DNA from: Paragordius varius
Lineage: Eukaryota > Animalia > Nematomorpha
Length of the DNA stretch: 64,000 nt
Assembly: GCA_964247055.1 (NCBI GenBank)
Contig: OZ176052.1
Location: 2,542,001 to 2,606,000, forward strand
Reading direction: 5' to 3'
Shown in pieces: positions 13,295 to 27,959 of the stretch. A program made the translations under genes and the position numbers. Under the pieces are notes generated by a model. That model was not told the origin of the DNA and ran no database searches. It saw only the letters and a list, made by a program, of their open reading frames with translations. The stretch's first letter is position 1. Each line of letters begins with the position of its first letter.

Positions 13295-14939
13295 TTTTAG
13301 TACGTGGTGAAAGTTTATCGAAAATTTATGTTGAATTAAAAATAAATCTGAAGTAATGTAGACTCACTTTAAAGTAAAGTGAAATAACAATCTTTCTGTA
13401 AAATGTCATGCATTGAAAAACATTTTTTACAAAATTATTGTTATTTCTCACACTTTGCTGTGATATGAATTGGCCAACATTAATGTGGGTTGGTCTGCAT
13501 TAAATTGCATATTGTATAATCAAAATATATAGAGATTTCTTTTGAGTGTTTTTTACCCCTTTTTTTAACTATTTAAACTGCAAAGTAATAGACAATATTA
13601 TTATGGCTAAAACTTGATCGATAGTGAAAAGATGCATTTTTTGCTCTTTCTTCTTTTAACTCAATAATATTAAAATTTACATAAACCCATTTCCCTATAA
13701 AAATAAAATATGTAAATTGTCTTTCATACTACATAAATAACAAAATTTATTTTTTTGCTATATGAATATATTATTGCAAATGAGATTTTATTTGAAATTA
13801 TTTTAATTTAACAGGGCAAAAATTACATGTGCCAATATATTGTGATAAAACTATAATACTATTATTAATATCAAAATAATTTAATTAAAATTTATAAGCT
13901 TCCCTTAATTTTTAGTGTCAAACAACTATCTATCATTTATTTATTTTTTAACTATTTCACTTTTTTAAGGTGTTAACTTAAGAGAATTTAAAGGTGTCTA
14001 TTCTCAACTTTTAATTGTAAAAAAATGCATTTTTTCGCTTTTTCTTCCTATCATCAATAATAATTCTCTTTATGGAATCACTTATCTCGGTAAATAAAAA
14101 GTAGTTAAAATATGAATAATAAAAAAGGGTCCTTGTTTTGCTTTGGCCCCCCTCACTGCTCCCCCTAGCTCTCCGTAGTTTCGCCACTGATTTGTTGTTT
14201 AGTTGTAATTTTATAAATATAATATAATCAATTTTTCAAAATAATATGATGATTAGAAGTTTATTTAACATTCGTTTTTTGACGGAATTTTTTCAATGAG
14301 TAGTGTACATTTGAGTCTTAACTTGGAAATCCTGTGCGCAATACTTAATAGTGACAACTTTAATATTTATATTAAACCTGCTGAAATCTCATATATCCCT
14401 ATTTGATTTATTACTTTTTGATTTTATTTTCGATGTAACATGTATTTCGATGTGTTTTTTTTGTTTACAGAGCTTTATAAGGTCTGCACTTAGTAGACGA
14501 AAATTGGTGTATTCGATTATTACTATTCCATTTTTTACAGAACTAACCATTATTAAAGCTCTTCATTTAAAAGGTTAAATTTAACAATATCAACGGAAAA
14601 TCAAACAAATAACATAATAGATATAAATCCGTCTGATAAGTAACATCAAAAAAGTTGTATTTTAATTAAATATTAAATAAAATTTTTATACTTTTCTCAA
14701 ATAAGGTGTCTATTCCGCCTGTAGCATATCGATATAACTAATAATGGGTCACCTCTAACTGTGTTTCGCTGCTCTTTCCATTTATCTTAAGCTTTTTATA
14801 AAAATACAATCTAACAAAAAATGTTTTTTATTAAAATTATTGTTACTAAGAAAAATAGCAAAAATCCTAGATAAATATATCATAAAATTTTCTGGTTCTG
14901 AAAGACTGTTTGTACCAGTATTTTTACCGATTATTATAA

Positions 14940-16188
14940 TTTATATATTTATAAAAATGGAAAATGCTGGCTTTTAGATCTGTTTCCGTAAAACCGGTAG
15001 ACCCATTCAAATCCAAATGTCAAAAAAATATAATCATTAATGAATGCATCGACACTAGCTTCGCCCTTTTTTTAATTAGGTCCCCAGTTCGGGCCCTCCC
15101 CGTGTAAAAACGGGTTTTTTGAAAAGTGAAGTCAAAAATCATGTCTTTGAGACAATTTCCAGAAAACTTGTTGGTCGATTTTAAAAATGGTTTTTTTACT
15201 TGTTTTCGATTGCGCCGAACATAGTCGGCTTACTTTTTTATGATCTCTTTTTACCCGCTCTCCCCGTAAAATGCCATTTTTTCAAAAAAACTAATTAATT
15301 TTTTCAGTGTATGAGACCGTTAAATTTCAATGAGAATTCCAGGTATTCCCTGTTAAAAGGCATAAATTTTAGTCTTGCGTTTTTTAATATTGGCAGCTGG
15401 GTAAAGAGATAGCCGCTAAAACTGCGCCACTATATAGTTGCGTTGTTTTGGAGCTACATTACAGAAATGAAGCCATATGAGTTCATTAAAAGCTTGAAAT
15501 ATTACCCGCAACTAGTTAGAAATTAAGGTCGGGCTTTTTTTATTAGCCGTAAATTTGGGGCCTTTATGCCCTTAAAATACGCCATCATATAACGATTATT
15601 TAGTGTTGAGGTATTTTTTTCGAAACCCATGACCGATGGTATCAAAGATGATTCCAAATATTTTCCCTATAAAGGCAAAGAATTTAAATCAGCGCCTTAT
15701 CCATATAGGTCCGTGGGTAGGGGTCTACCGATTAAAAACTGAGACGCCATACAAAATGGAGTATTTTTAAAGCTAATTTTCAAAAAACGTAAGAAGCCAT
15801 ACGAGTTCAGTTAAACACATTTCTGGGGAATTTGTATAATATCATTCTTTCCTTTAAAAAGAGACCACAAGAGATTTACTTTTATATCCCTTGATCCCAG
15901 CTGTGTGAACACAATTTGAAAATAAAATTAACCATGATTTCGTAAAACGAAAATCTTAAAATAAATCCAATGTGAATATCAACTTTAATAAGGGACAGTT
16001 TAAATATGGTCATTTTCGAGTAAACAATATTTAAGCTTATGCAAAAACCCGTAAAAGAATAATAAGACATTCTTTTTTTATATATGTTTTTTATTATTTT
16101 ATTATCTCCATTAACTCTATTTTTGCAAATTATTAAGAATAATTATCGGTGCGACTACGTCACAGCGAAGCATGACAGGGCCAGCTAG
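14940..16188 (+). mobile_element. Non-autonomous Helitron R3, shorter array (~3 monomers)
   Basis: Same 5' block as 4116. 3' GTCACAGCGAAGCATGAC hairpin followed by CCAGCTAG|T, a canonical Helitron end. Confidence 0.85.
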
Positions 16189-16895
16189 TATCTTCTATTA
16201 ATTTACTAAGAATCAGAAAATGTTATAGAAATTTATAAAAAATGTAGATTTATTTTTGTCAATCTCATAAAAGCGAAATAATCCTGAGAGATATCATCAC
16301 CAAATTTCCAAGTTTTATTTCGAAGAAACTATTATTTTTCTTTTATATTTGTTGGGCTCATAAGAAACTCGCAATCATAAATGGCGTCGGGAAAGTTTAA
16401 GAATCCCTGATCTTAAGCTATGAACATATATTAAGAATTAGAATTGAGATATTTATTTGACATATAATACAAGTTCTGACAATTTTTTAGATTCTTCTAT
16501 AATTCTTCATAATTTACTATAGAACATCTTAGTTATAACTTCAATGGGATCAAATGTACACATTATCAATATTTAGTGTTACACTAATGGTAGAATCAAT
16601 TGGAAAATTAAATTTGATTTTTAAGTCAGGGCTTATTTTTCACATTATTTTGAGTTAAGATTAAATTAAAAATGATATATTCTGATATGCAAAATATTAC
16701 CATGTCCATTTATTTTAGGTATAAAATTTAAATTATTATGCCAAATATAAACAAAATTGATAGTAAAAAATTATATATTTATTTATTTAATTTGTATATA
16801 GGATTATTTCCCCTATAAAATAATAAATAAAATGGTGACGCCCCTTTCAAGAACAAAATCACAAATATTAAAATAAATTTAAAGTAAATTTGTAT

Positions 16896-19800
16896 TTAAG
16901 GGCATTCGTGAAGCATTCCCGATATATAGTTAAAAGAGGAGGTAAAATTATAATGTAAATAGCTGGAGTTTGTTGAATTCGCCACTACAAATTCTATCTT
17001 ATACACCAAAGAACTATCGTAATCCCATCTATGCTTCTCCATTTTATTCAATATTGTAAGTCGAGAATCGTTTTGCCATATTGTGTACTTATTAAAAATT
17101 AAATTATTTGGCGACAATTTAAAACATATAAAGCGTAATTTTCTTAATGTAAAGATTAAATGCGTATTTATTTGATAAAAATCAAAATGGTTAATTTTCA
17201 AGTGATATAGTTAACCCTTTGTCGAATATAATTTATATAAATAGTAAAATTCTATTGCTTATATGGGTGGGGAGAAAGGTAATAAATGAAAAAACAAGAA
17301 GTTAGATTATACTGGAAAAAAGCAATTGTCCCTGCATTAACTTTGTAAGGTCTGTGCGTAATCCCAGCTTGACGTCAAATAATTTTAATTTTTATGTATA
17401 AATAAATATGCATTTATTATTATTTACTATGTAATTATAATGAGTATCTCTTATTTAAGCTATTTATTTTATGTTTTCTTGTAAAAATGGTATGAATGCA
17501 TTTTACGTGCAATGGAGTAAATGAATGCACTCAAATGCGTTATAGACATCTGTCTATAAATTATTCCGTACAAGGGAAAATTTATCGAAACTGTAAATTT
17601 TTTGGTTGCAGTCCACATAATTTATAAAAACGGTTTCTGACGAATTCGTCCAGTTTCCTTTTATAAATTTAACAAAAGCCTCATATCCGCGCGGTATTAT
17701 ATCTATTGGTGGATAGAGAGAAAAGTAAGTTTTTTACAATGTGTGGAATAATAAATATTTGCGCCCACTTTTATACCATGTAATTATAAACTTAATATTA
17801 AAGTTTCATGGGAGCTCAAGTTTTTATAAAATAACCAGAAAACATATTTTTAAACCGGTTCATTGCGAATCAAATTTTAAAAACGGCTCCTAATAAGGTT
17901 AATACCAAAATGGTCATGTAGGATTTTTTTCTCTATTTTTCCAAAAAGTATTATTTTTGAAATAAGTTAATATATATATATATATATTATTCCGATTGAA
18001 TAATTACAAATAATTGATATGATATATTATGGAAAAATTCATGTAGATAAACCTTGGAATCCTCAGTTAATATAGATGCCCACGTAAAATTTGCAGCAAT
18101 ATCATATACATGTACAATAATTCGACAAGTATTAACCTCCAACCAATACTAAATAAAAATATATATAATCAAGATTTTTATAATTAAATGTGAGCGATTT
18201 AAAATATAAAGTGGCATTTTGGAAAATTTGAACAAGTTTTAACTTTAAGAATTACTCAAGAAGTGGAAACCGTCGCAATTTGTAAAAAAATAGGTTGAAA
18301 CTTAACAATGAATTGTAATCTCTTCTTAAATTTTAATGTATTGTGTTAACACTTGGAAACACTTCTATATGAGTCCTTCGATTCAAATTAGCGTCGCAAC
18401 TCAGTTTAAAATTAAATATTTCAAAAATATGGAATAAATTAAAACCAATGTAAAAGTTTGCAGTTTATCATATTGAAGGGCAGGAATATTAAAAAAATAT
18501 TCATCAAAAAATTAATATTATTAATTTTATGGATAAACCTTAGGAGGCAAATACATCTTAATATGTTTGCATTAATTAAATATAAAATACACAAAATACA
18601 CACTTATGATTTTAATAATGTTAGTTGTGACATCAATATAATAATAACTTTCATTTTGGCGTTAAAATAAAAAAGACCGATATTTTGTAAAAATGTTGTA
18701 AAATAAAAATGACTCGATGTAGTTTAATATGAATTTATTTATATTAGGATGGATAAATAATGAAACAGTCCCTTTCAGTAATTTTTAATATCATTTTAAT
18801 ACGTTTTGGGGTCGCTTCCCGTATTGATTTAGAAAAAAACAACATAATTAACAATTTAAAATAGATTACAAAACATATGGAATCTTATCAATTTTTAACT
18901 AAATCCATTTTAAATGTGACATAATTAGAGGTGAATTTTTCAGTATTTTAGTCATTAATCATCAAACTTTACAGAATTATCAAGAGATAACATGGAAAAT
19001 TATATTTTTAAAAAATACCATTTTACTTTAATGGGTAGCAATATACTATCTTTATGCTAATAATTTTTCCAAATAGAATTTTATTTCACTATTTTATTGA
19101 TAAATATTCATATATATATTCTTCCTATAATAATATTAATAATCAAACCATTTTTATTCATTATTTAATTAGAATAGCTAACTTTTGCTCTATATTCGTA
19201 AAGATTAGCCATGTCCATTAAAGCGTTTATGGTTTTTTTATGATAAAAATTTATTGTCCACCAATTATCCACTTGAACGGGAGTTGTGTTCCCCTGAAAA
19301 TAAGTCCACACACCCATTTGTTCCATGAAAATCGGAACATTCCTATAATACATTTATTACATGGTGCCTAAATTTTAATTAAAGGGTTATCACGATTATG
19401 ATTAAATTTCTAATCTCAACAATCCAAATAACAAATTTTTTTGATAAATTATTATGTCCATCTATTGTTTATTATAATATTAAATTAATTTTATATTATG
19501 TTTTAGTTTAGTAAAAACTGAAATTATTTGGACAAAACCTTAAAATTATAAGACGAACATATTTTTTTTAAAAAAACAACCATATTCTTAAGCCTTAAAT
19601 TTTTTAATATAACCAATGTTTTTGGTGTACAAAATTACAAAATATAGCGGAGTAGATTGTAATACAATCAATTATATCTATCTACATATATAAATAGTAA
19701 AATGAATAAGAATTATTAAGGTTTAATAAAGTATGGCTGTCCTTTAAGATGATTTCTTCTAATTTTTAGTTTTGTCTGTATATTTAGGTTTTCACTGTAG

Positions 19801-22580
19801 ATTCATAGATAGACGTTTCTAACAAAAATTCCTAAATTTTTTAATGATTTTGCTGAAATTTGCATGATGACTAAACAGTTGCTTCAAACTTAACTTTAAT
19901 AATTTGAATAACGTTAAATCGAATAATATTTATAAAATTTAAGACCTTAAACTGTCAAAGAAATAGTTTTTATGTTATTATAATTATTCTTTATTAATGT
20001 GTAAAAAGTTTAATACACTACTTAATTTTGATTAATATATATCAAATTTCTAATTAAAAAACGAGGTAAGTGAATCAATCCAAAGATAGTAAGAGGTATA
20101 CGCAGTTACAAATACTTTTAAAACTATTAACAAAGTTTTTTTTTCTTTACAATTAATTGTTAATTAAATTTAAAATTCAACCGTTTTCAAGGATAGTAAG
20201 TATTGTGGGTGAAAAATTATTATGTGTTGAAATAAAAAAAATATTGTGTTTAACATTACTTTATATGGGTGTGATTTATGAAAATATCATAAACTCCATC
20301 AGCAAGTGTGTCCCAAAGACACAAATCATTTTCGATTACCAAGTAAATACCTGTAAATATTAAATTCTATAGAAATATTGGTTTAAATTTTTAACTATTA
20401 TGTATTCCCAATGACCTATTAAATGTTTTAATACAAACTTAGTTATATCTGATTAAGTGAGAAAAAAATAATTAGCACTATGCAAAAAAAACGTTTTATA
20501 TGTATTTAATGTATGATATGTGTAGGAAATAAGTTTTCAATCGTATATTTTATTTTATGAAACTAAGTTTCAATTTACTTTTCCGCTTACAGGTAGACAA
20601 AATACAATGCAAATCAATCAATTTTCTTTCTGGTCCATTTGGATCATCCAAAAAAATCAAATTTCGAATAGTTAGATTACGAAACCACGAAAGAATGGCA
20701 GGTTTCCTTTTATAAAGTTTCATCAAATTTCCGCGTTTATAAAATTCAATAAAATAAATATCTCCTTTTGGGGTTTCAACGATACGAATCTAACATAAAA
20801 TGTAAAAAAAATAAAGCTAGGGACTAAAGATATTTATATCACCTTTGGAAATCAAAACAGTTTATACCCTTTGATCATTTATACAGAATTTTACCTATGT
20901 ATAATATAATTTATATTTTTGTGCAGGGGTGCATAACACAAACAACGGGCGGCATTCGAAATATATATGAGTAATAATTATTAGATTAAATACAGTTTCA
21001 ACAACATACGCTATTTTGTGAAAATTTGGAAAGACCTATTTTGGGAATTTGTTTAAGAAAATTTTATTTATTACATTTTGTCATAAGTAATTTTAAGAAA
21101 ATGGTTTGCTATTATTAGATTCACGCGGGCTGCAGAAATATTTCGGATGGCCGCATGTTGGACATCCCTGTTTTGTTTTTTTCCAATTCTAGCGGTTTAT
21201 TTATTTTGACTTATTAAGAGTATTTAAAAAAGGGTAATTAAACTTACCTTGGTAAGATTTGTCAGAAACAATGTTTCATACCTCCTATACTGTTGGAAAT
21301 AAAAACACTCATACGATAATTGATTAGTTGGACACAAAGCAAATAATCGGTCATTTGGGAAAATATCCACATACTATATTAGTAATTTATAAAAAAATAA
21401 AAAATGTAATAATATATAAATAATAAAGAAAGGTAAAATTTAAGCAAACACCTGTTCAACGCCCAAAATTTTTAAGGCATTTAAATCGGCATGCATCTTT
21501 TCGGAAAAATAAATTAAGGAAGTATTAACAGTATAATTTCCCTCGAAATCGCGAAGAGTAAAGTTAAAGGAATTTGTCCCAACATACTTATACCTACCAC
21601 GGTAAGTAATTGTTACTGCTTCCTTAATTTTATCAACGTAGGCTAGATAATGAAACGCATAGGTTGAGCTAAATATGAAAAATATTATGGTAAAATATAA
21701 AAAAAATTTAAACTGTAATTATGTCTTTTTAGTTTAACCAGGGGTGTTCAACAGGTGGTTCCGGAGCCACTTGTGGCCGTTGAAAATTTTGAGTGGCTTT
21801 AAAAAAATTAGAGCAAATTTTTTTTTGCAAAATTAATTTTTGAGTTGCGATTTAAAAAAAAATTTAAAAGTAAAAATTTTACATTCATTTGCATATATTT
21901 TTTTTAAATATTTTATATTTTTTATCACATTCCAATCATTTATTTTCTTAATCTGAAAATACAAATACTTACCAATGGTAAACTTTTTTGGCAATTATTT
22001 AGTGAAAGGACATATTTCTGACAACCACAGTTCCATTTTTAATATATTCGTCCATTCTCTTCAAATATTAATTTATTCAATTTTTGTCAACTAATCAATT
22101 CGATATCAATATTAATAGCTCTTTGAATTGCTTATGCTTAAAAGCAAATTATTATAAAAATAATTACAATTTCAACCACATGGGTTATTGTAAAAGGAAT
22201 ACCTTCGAATCTAGGTGAAACAGGCAGTCCATTGTTAATGATCTTTAATAAGACGTCGGATTTTTTTATATACAAAAATTTCTTAGCCCTCACATACATT
22301 TCTAATATATTTATAATAAAAGTTGCATGCTAAACACTTAGCAAGAATTTAAATGGGGTAAGTTTAAGCTGTCTTCTGTGAAAAAATTCATCAATTTTTT
22401 GAATAGAATTTGTGATGTTTTCTATAATTTTTGCTTTCATGACAGATATATTTAGAAAATTAATTTGGTTATGTATTTCATCAAATTTTTTGTTTTCACA
22501 CATAGTAGTACAATTTAACAGCAAATTTAGCTATATTTTAACAAACTAGTTATTTAGTTATTTATATGAAAATTAGCACA

Positions 22581-22629
<49 letters not shown>

Positions 22630-23789
22630 AATTTATTTGATATTATGTCTTGATATATTTTAATTCAAACGTTGCTCTTCGGATTTTTGAAAAAATGTGG
22701 CTCTTTAAGCCATTTGTATTGGATACCCCTGGTCTAATACGAAATTATTTGAATTCATTTTGAGAAATACACTTTTAAATCATCATTTTAAGCAGTGCAA
22801 ATAAAATAATTTCTGTCGGTGGATTTTCACAATTCCATAACATTGGTAGAAAATTTTTATGGTGATAACATACTAAAACTTCTATTCAGAGTCAATAACG
22901 GGCAAATTATATATAAACATGAAAAGAGAAAAGGATTTACAAAACTGACAAAATTAGAATAATCCCATGTTTAACAATTTCTTACCTTTTGGAATAGTTT
23001 TATAATCCGGAACTATTTAAATTTTCCAAATCATAATAAGTATTTAAATTATAAATCCAAATAAAATATACTTTCAATTTTTTGGGGGGCACGCTCCAAA
23101 TTTTTTTAAAATATGGAATTATCAAAAAAATGCTCATCTCAAGCTGCCCTTATTTTCTTTGGTTTTTAAATCGCTAATACAAAAAAATGTATATTATGGT
23201 GTAAGTACGAAAATATTTAATTTTAGAAACTTTTAATTTGCATTTTACCAATAATTACATAATATTTATTGATTTTTAAATTAGTTGTTTATTTCAATCG
23301 TGTTTTGAACTATCGCACAAGTTAAAAAACCGTAAAATTATATGGTTTTAAAGGAAAACAATGTGGAATAATTAGATTTTAACCAAAAATTTCACTAGTT
23401 TATATTTTAGTTCTGGGGTATAAAACTACCCCAAGATAAATCGTCTATAATGAATAAAACGGTAATAAAGTGTTTAATACAAACCTAAACATTTACAAAG
23501 TGACCAGTAGCATTTCGACCAAAACATTCGATCAATTTTTAAATAATATATGCATTTTGCTCTCAGTAAAATCTCTTGTATATGATTAAGATGGCGATAA
23601 AATTTTTGAGCAAAATATATATACAATAATTAACTAATGCAATGGTAGGAAATTTTTATACCTTTACAAAAACTCTTAAGTAATAGCTATAATATAAACG
23701 CAAAGATGAATACTTGTATATATCGGATAAGTTGTAATGTTGCTTTGTCTGAAGAGCGCATAAATTGGTGGTACAAGGTGACACATTAT
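16896..23789 (-). CDS. Paralogue B, complete from the second exon to the stop. Exons 23789-23714, 21668-21452, 21373-21248, 20789-20579, 20448-20416, 20350-20260, 19342-19183, 17087-16896.
   Basis: The spliced frame is open over 1106 nt and ends ...FNYISGMLHECP*. All junctions are AG/GT, with phases identical to A and C. Confidence 0.85.
18350..18830. mobile_element. Degenerate R5 TTAA-type MITE in the last intron of paralogue B
   Basis: TTAA|CACTTGGAAAC start and colinear similarity to 6352-6885; right end eroded. Confidence 0.55.
20924..21170. mobile_element. Small hAT-like MITE in an intron of paralogue B
   Basis: CAGGGG...CATCCCTG termini and GGCCGCATG subterminal motif shared with other copies; TSD unclear. 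Confidence 0.6.
21739..22731. mobile_element. hAT-like non-autonomous element in the exon 2-3 intron of paralogue B, containing a (TA)n tract at 22583-22626
   Basis: TIRs CAGGGGTGTTCAA / TTGGATACCCCTG; flanks GTTTAAC / GTCTAAT form an imperfect TSD. Confidence 0.75.
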
Positions 23790-24342
23790 CTAATTATTAA
23801 ATTGTGAATTGCATATTTTATGGGTTAATTTTGATGAGAAAAGCTAAAATATAATTATACACACTATAATAAATATAATATCTTTTGCTACCTAAAAAAG
23901 GTTTAATTTTTTAAAAACATTTATTTTATGCATTCATTACATTTTCAATTTCCTGGCATCGAGCTAGTGAGTCTTTTCACACGTTAATTTGTAGATATGG
24001 CTTTTATGTGTATACATCTAACATCCTTAAAAACTTATTATTATTAGCTTCAATTACCTAACCATTCATTTACTACTATCTTTATACTTTTTAATTAATT
24101 TCAAAAAACCTCTCGGGTATGTTTAATCGCATCCACATTGGCGTTTAAAATTCGGTGTAAAATAAGTGTACTTACTAATTTTATTGTGTTTTTTGTTTTT
24201 GGGGCCATATCAGAAGCTAAATTAATTTTCGTAATTTGAAATTGGAAACTCGCAAATACGCATATCAGGTTAAATAAAATATTTTTACTAGATATTTTAA
24301 TCTTCAAACCAATTTTTTATGTCAATGAATATTACCATAAAT

Positions 24343-25311
24343 CAGGGCTTGGAACCCGAGACTAAATTTGTAACCGGTTCCAAAGCGGTTCTTAAAATGG
24401 CCCGTCCAGGCTCTTTACATTTTATCGGTTCACCGGTTATTTTGAAGTGAAACTTATTTTAAAACGGTTTTTAAAATCTTGAATTTTGGCTCCAACTGGT
24501 TCTCTGTAGTATAAGCCGGTTTTCAAATTGGTTCCAATCAGCACTTTTATCATCTCACATATTCCTTAATTTGTTGTATCCAAAACTTTTTCCAATACAG
24601 AATTTAATAATGTGTGTTTTATCGGCGAAGGTTAACTCCCAGAAATGTTTTGTCGAAAATTTTTTTAAAATCTATCATTTTTTGTAAAATAAAATATTCT
24701 GTTTGCCATCGGCATAACTGTCTTGTAATTTTGAGATTTGAAATATTATTTTGTGTTTTAACCCTATTATTAATAGTTGAATGATTTTTTGAAAATCAGA
24801 ATCTTCAATATTGTATAAAATTCTCCATTTGCTAATTTAAAATATTTTTATTTAAATATTTTATATCAAATTCAATCGTTCTTCTTTTCTCTATAATAGA
24901 TTCGTTTATTTTTGTTATAACCATTAATTATAAGTAAAATATACCGTTGACAATCTTCCGTAAATATAGAATAAACGTCCCGGTGTAACTTTAAATGGAA
25001 AAAAGGTGTATTTGATGCATTTTTAATCATTTAAAAGTGTAACAATACTCAATTTGGCAAAATTATTTTAAAATCTTGATCTTTAATACCCAACGGGTTC
25101 TAAAACGGTTTTAAAAAATGTAAGGTGGTTCCGGTTCATGTTCTTTACATTTTTCAGTCCCAACCGTTTTTTCATAAAAATTGGAACATGTTCCAAAACG
25201 ATTCTTAAAGTTTTAAAGTTGTTTTGGTTTTCATGGTGGAACAAAGGTTCCATCAAAGAACCGCAAGAACGGTTATCGAGCCGGTTCTTGTGGCTCTGGT
25301 TCAAAGCCCTG
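24343..25311. mobile_element. hAT-type MITE with AACCGGTT-rich subterminal regions
   Basis: TIRs CAGGGCTTGGAAC / GTTCAAAGCCCTG; 8-bp TSD CCATAAAT / CTATAAAT; same family as 45240-46074. Confidence 0.85.
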
Positions 25312-25461
25312 CTATAAATCTATATTAGAAATATAATTTAGCGCTTTATTAAATTCCAATATCTAACTTACTCACTTGGATTATTTAATTAAGGTCAACA
25401 TACAGTCTCAAAATTATTATGGAAGGTATATTAGGACAAAAGTTCCGGTTTCTCTGCTAAT

Positions 25462-26347
25462 ATATACCATTTACACTTTGAGAATGTCCTTGAACACTTT
25501 AAGTTGGTCCTTTAATTTTTTTGTTTTGTTTTTTACTTTTATCACATATATACCATTTACAGTTCAAATTCCGCCTTGAACAATTCAAATTCACCCTCGA
25601 ACAATTCAAATTCACCCAATTCATCACCCTTGAACAATTTAAATTCACATTTGAACAATTCAAATACACCCTAAAATTAAATTATGTATTTTCTAACTTA
25701 TATATCTCATTATTAATTTGAAATATATGTTTATGTTATAGTTTATTATTTTTTCAGTATTATTTTAATTTAAAACAAAATTTTTATTTTTTTAAATATA
25801 TAAAGATATTGGTAATTTTTAATCTTAAAAAACAATATTTTATATTAGGGTGAATTTGAATTGTTCGAGGGTGAATTTGAATTGTTCAAGGGTGAATTTG
25901 AATTGTTAGAGGGTTAATTTGAATTGTTTAAGGGTGAAATTGAATTGTAAATGGTATATATCTTTCATGTATTTTATCATTTTTAACCTAATTATTAATC
26001 AAGATTTTGATCATTCAGAAACCATATATCTTTATTAATTTCTCAAAAAAATATTTTAAATATTAATAGATTACTACCTAATTAAAAATATATGTCTTCT
26101 GGGTTATTATTTAAATTTACATTCAAAGCATTTATAAGTTAATAATATTATTTAATAAAAATTAGTTTAAAACAAAAGAGTGGTTTTTTGAGAAAAAAAT
26201 TTTATTTCATAGAAAAAAAGTATATATTAAATAAATAAAATTAGGTTAAAAATTATTAAATTAAAAAAATAGTAAAAATTATGGTTAAGCATAAATTTCA
26301 AAAAGGACCAACTTGAAGTGTTCAAGGACACTTTTGAAGTGGTATAT
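25462..26347. mobile_element. Foldback element (family R4) with an inner palindrome of 21-bp tandem repeats AATTCAAATTCACCCTTGAAC
   Basis: Outer arms ATATACCA..GTCCTTGAACACTT..AGTTGGTCC are inverted. About 6 direct 21-mers at 25560-25670 and 5 inverted ones at 25848-25950. Confidence 0.8.
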
Positions 26348-27959
26348 GTCACTACGTATAGATTTTACTGTGCTTAACTCAAAAGCCAAGGAAAGTGAAT
26401 AAAATAGAAAATATCTGAATAGTATATCCATCTGATATATTATAACGCCGCATATTGTTTTTTTTGTTTAAAAAAATAGTAGATTCAAATATTTTTTATT
26501 TGATCAAACATTAAACAGTTACTATGCTTAGATTCAACAAAAAATGTTGCTTTTATTTATAACATAACTATTTATGTAACTTCATTAATGAATTGTATAA
26601 TTTTAATCGCCTTTTAAATATATAATTGACAAGAGGGCAAATTACTTTGCAAATTTTCTTAAATTAGCTATTATTTAAAGCATTCCAACACGCTTTGTTT
26701 GGTATGCAAAAGTGCTTTTAAAAAATTCGATTATCCAAATTTTACGATTATTTAGAAACTATATAATCCAAAATTGGGCTTGAAATAAATAAAATAAATC
26801 AAAAATATTAAACCAGCCCACGAAGACATTTGTGTTAGACACCCCTGATGTAAAGCTTTACAAAATTCATCAGTGCTCATCTTATGGATACAAAATATTT
26901 TTTAATATAATATCGTTGGTATTTTTTAAACCAATTAGTGTCGATAAGGTGTTATCCGTTTTCTAGATTATTTACGGAAAATGAAATAAAACTATATTAT
27001 ATTTAATTTAATTTTTTTTAAAGCATATAAAATAGGGTTTGCAATAATGAAAGAATTTTTTTAATTAAAGCAAATATTTTATTTTAGCCCGATAAATATT
27101 TTTGGTTACCAATATATTTTTTTATTTTTTTGGTGGCCGCATTGAAAGCTGAGGACCGCGTATTTAACACAGTTATATGAACTTAATATTTAAATACAAA
27201 TCAAAATACACTGATAAGGTGATAAAATTTCCTTCCGCCTTCATAATTTTTTCCCTAAATGCACTAATAAAAAAGCACCCAAAATGTATATTTTGATTAT
27301 GTTGTGTTAAAATAAATTAAATTAAATTTAAACATCTGATGTGTGAAAGAGTCTAAAAATACCATTAATTAGTAGCATGAATAATATCAATAGTATGGTA
27401 GACATTATACTCATATATGAACAAATAAATAATTATATAAATTGAAAAACTTGCTTAGATTGATATTTGAGGTTATCACACTTATAAATTTTTAAATGAT
27501 TTATAAATAATTATTAAGCGCAAAGTACTAGAAAACAAATTTCCTACCATTGTGCCAGAGCAGCATTTTTACATATTATATAGCATTAAAATTTTAATTA
27601 TTGGTGGAATATTAATTATTAATGGGTATATTAGTGTTCTATTAATACATCGCAGCACAAATGGCTTCGCAGGCCGCATTTTATTCTCAAATCGGCGGGT
27701 CACATTTAACAGAAAAATACACTAACTTTTACTTATAGTACATCAAATAATATCAAAGGATAAAGTGTCACAATGTGATGGATTTAATCATTAGGTATAA
27801 ATTTGAGTGAAAGTTTCCGATCACCTAATCTAATCCATATATGCCGATTCATTCCTATCACTTACTACACAGCTTGGCCAGACCGCCTGAAGCCCCATGA
27901 ACATAGGTTTCCTTCAAGGCTACATATTATCACCCATGTTGGTTGTCTATCTGGAATGT

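Noticed and set aside
25521-25721. ORF with LEQFKFT heptad repeats
   Set aside because: It is the translation of the 21-bp tandem repeat inside the R4 foldback, not a gene.
26855-26885. Second CTGATGA motif (minus strand; also one at ~9876)
   Set aside because: No downstream helix II plus GAAA, so not a hammerhead.
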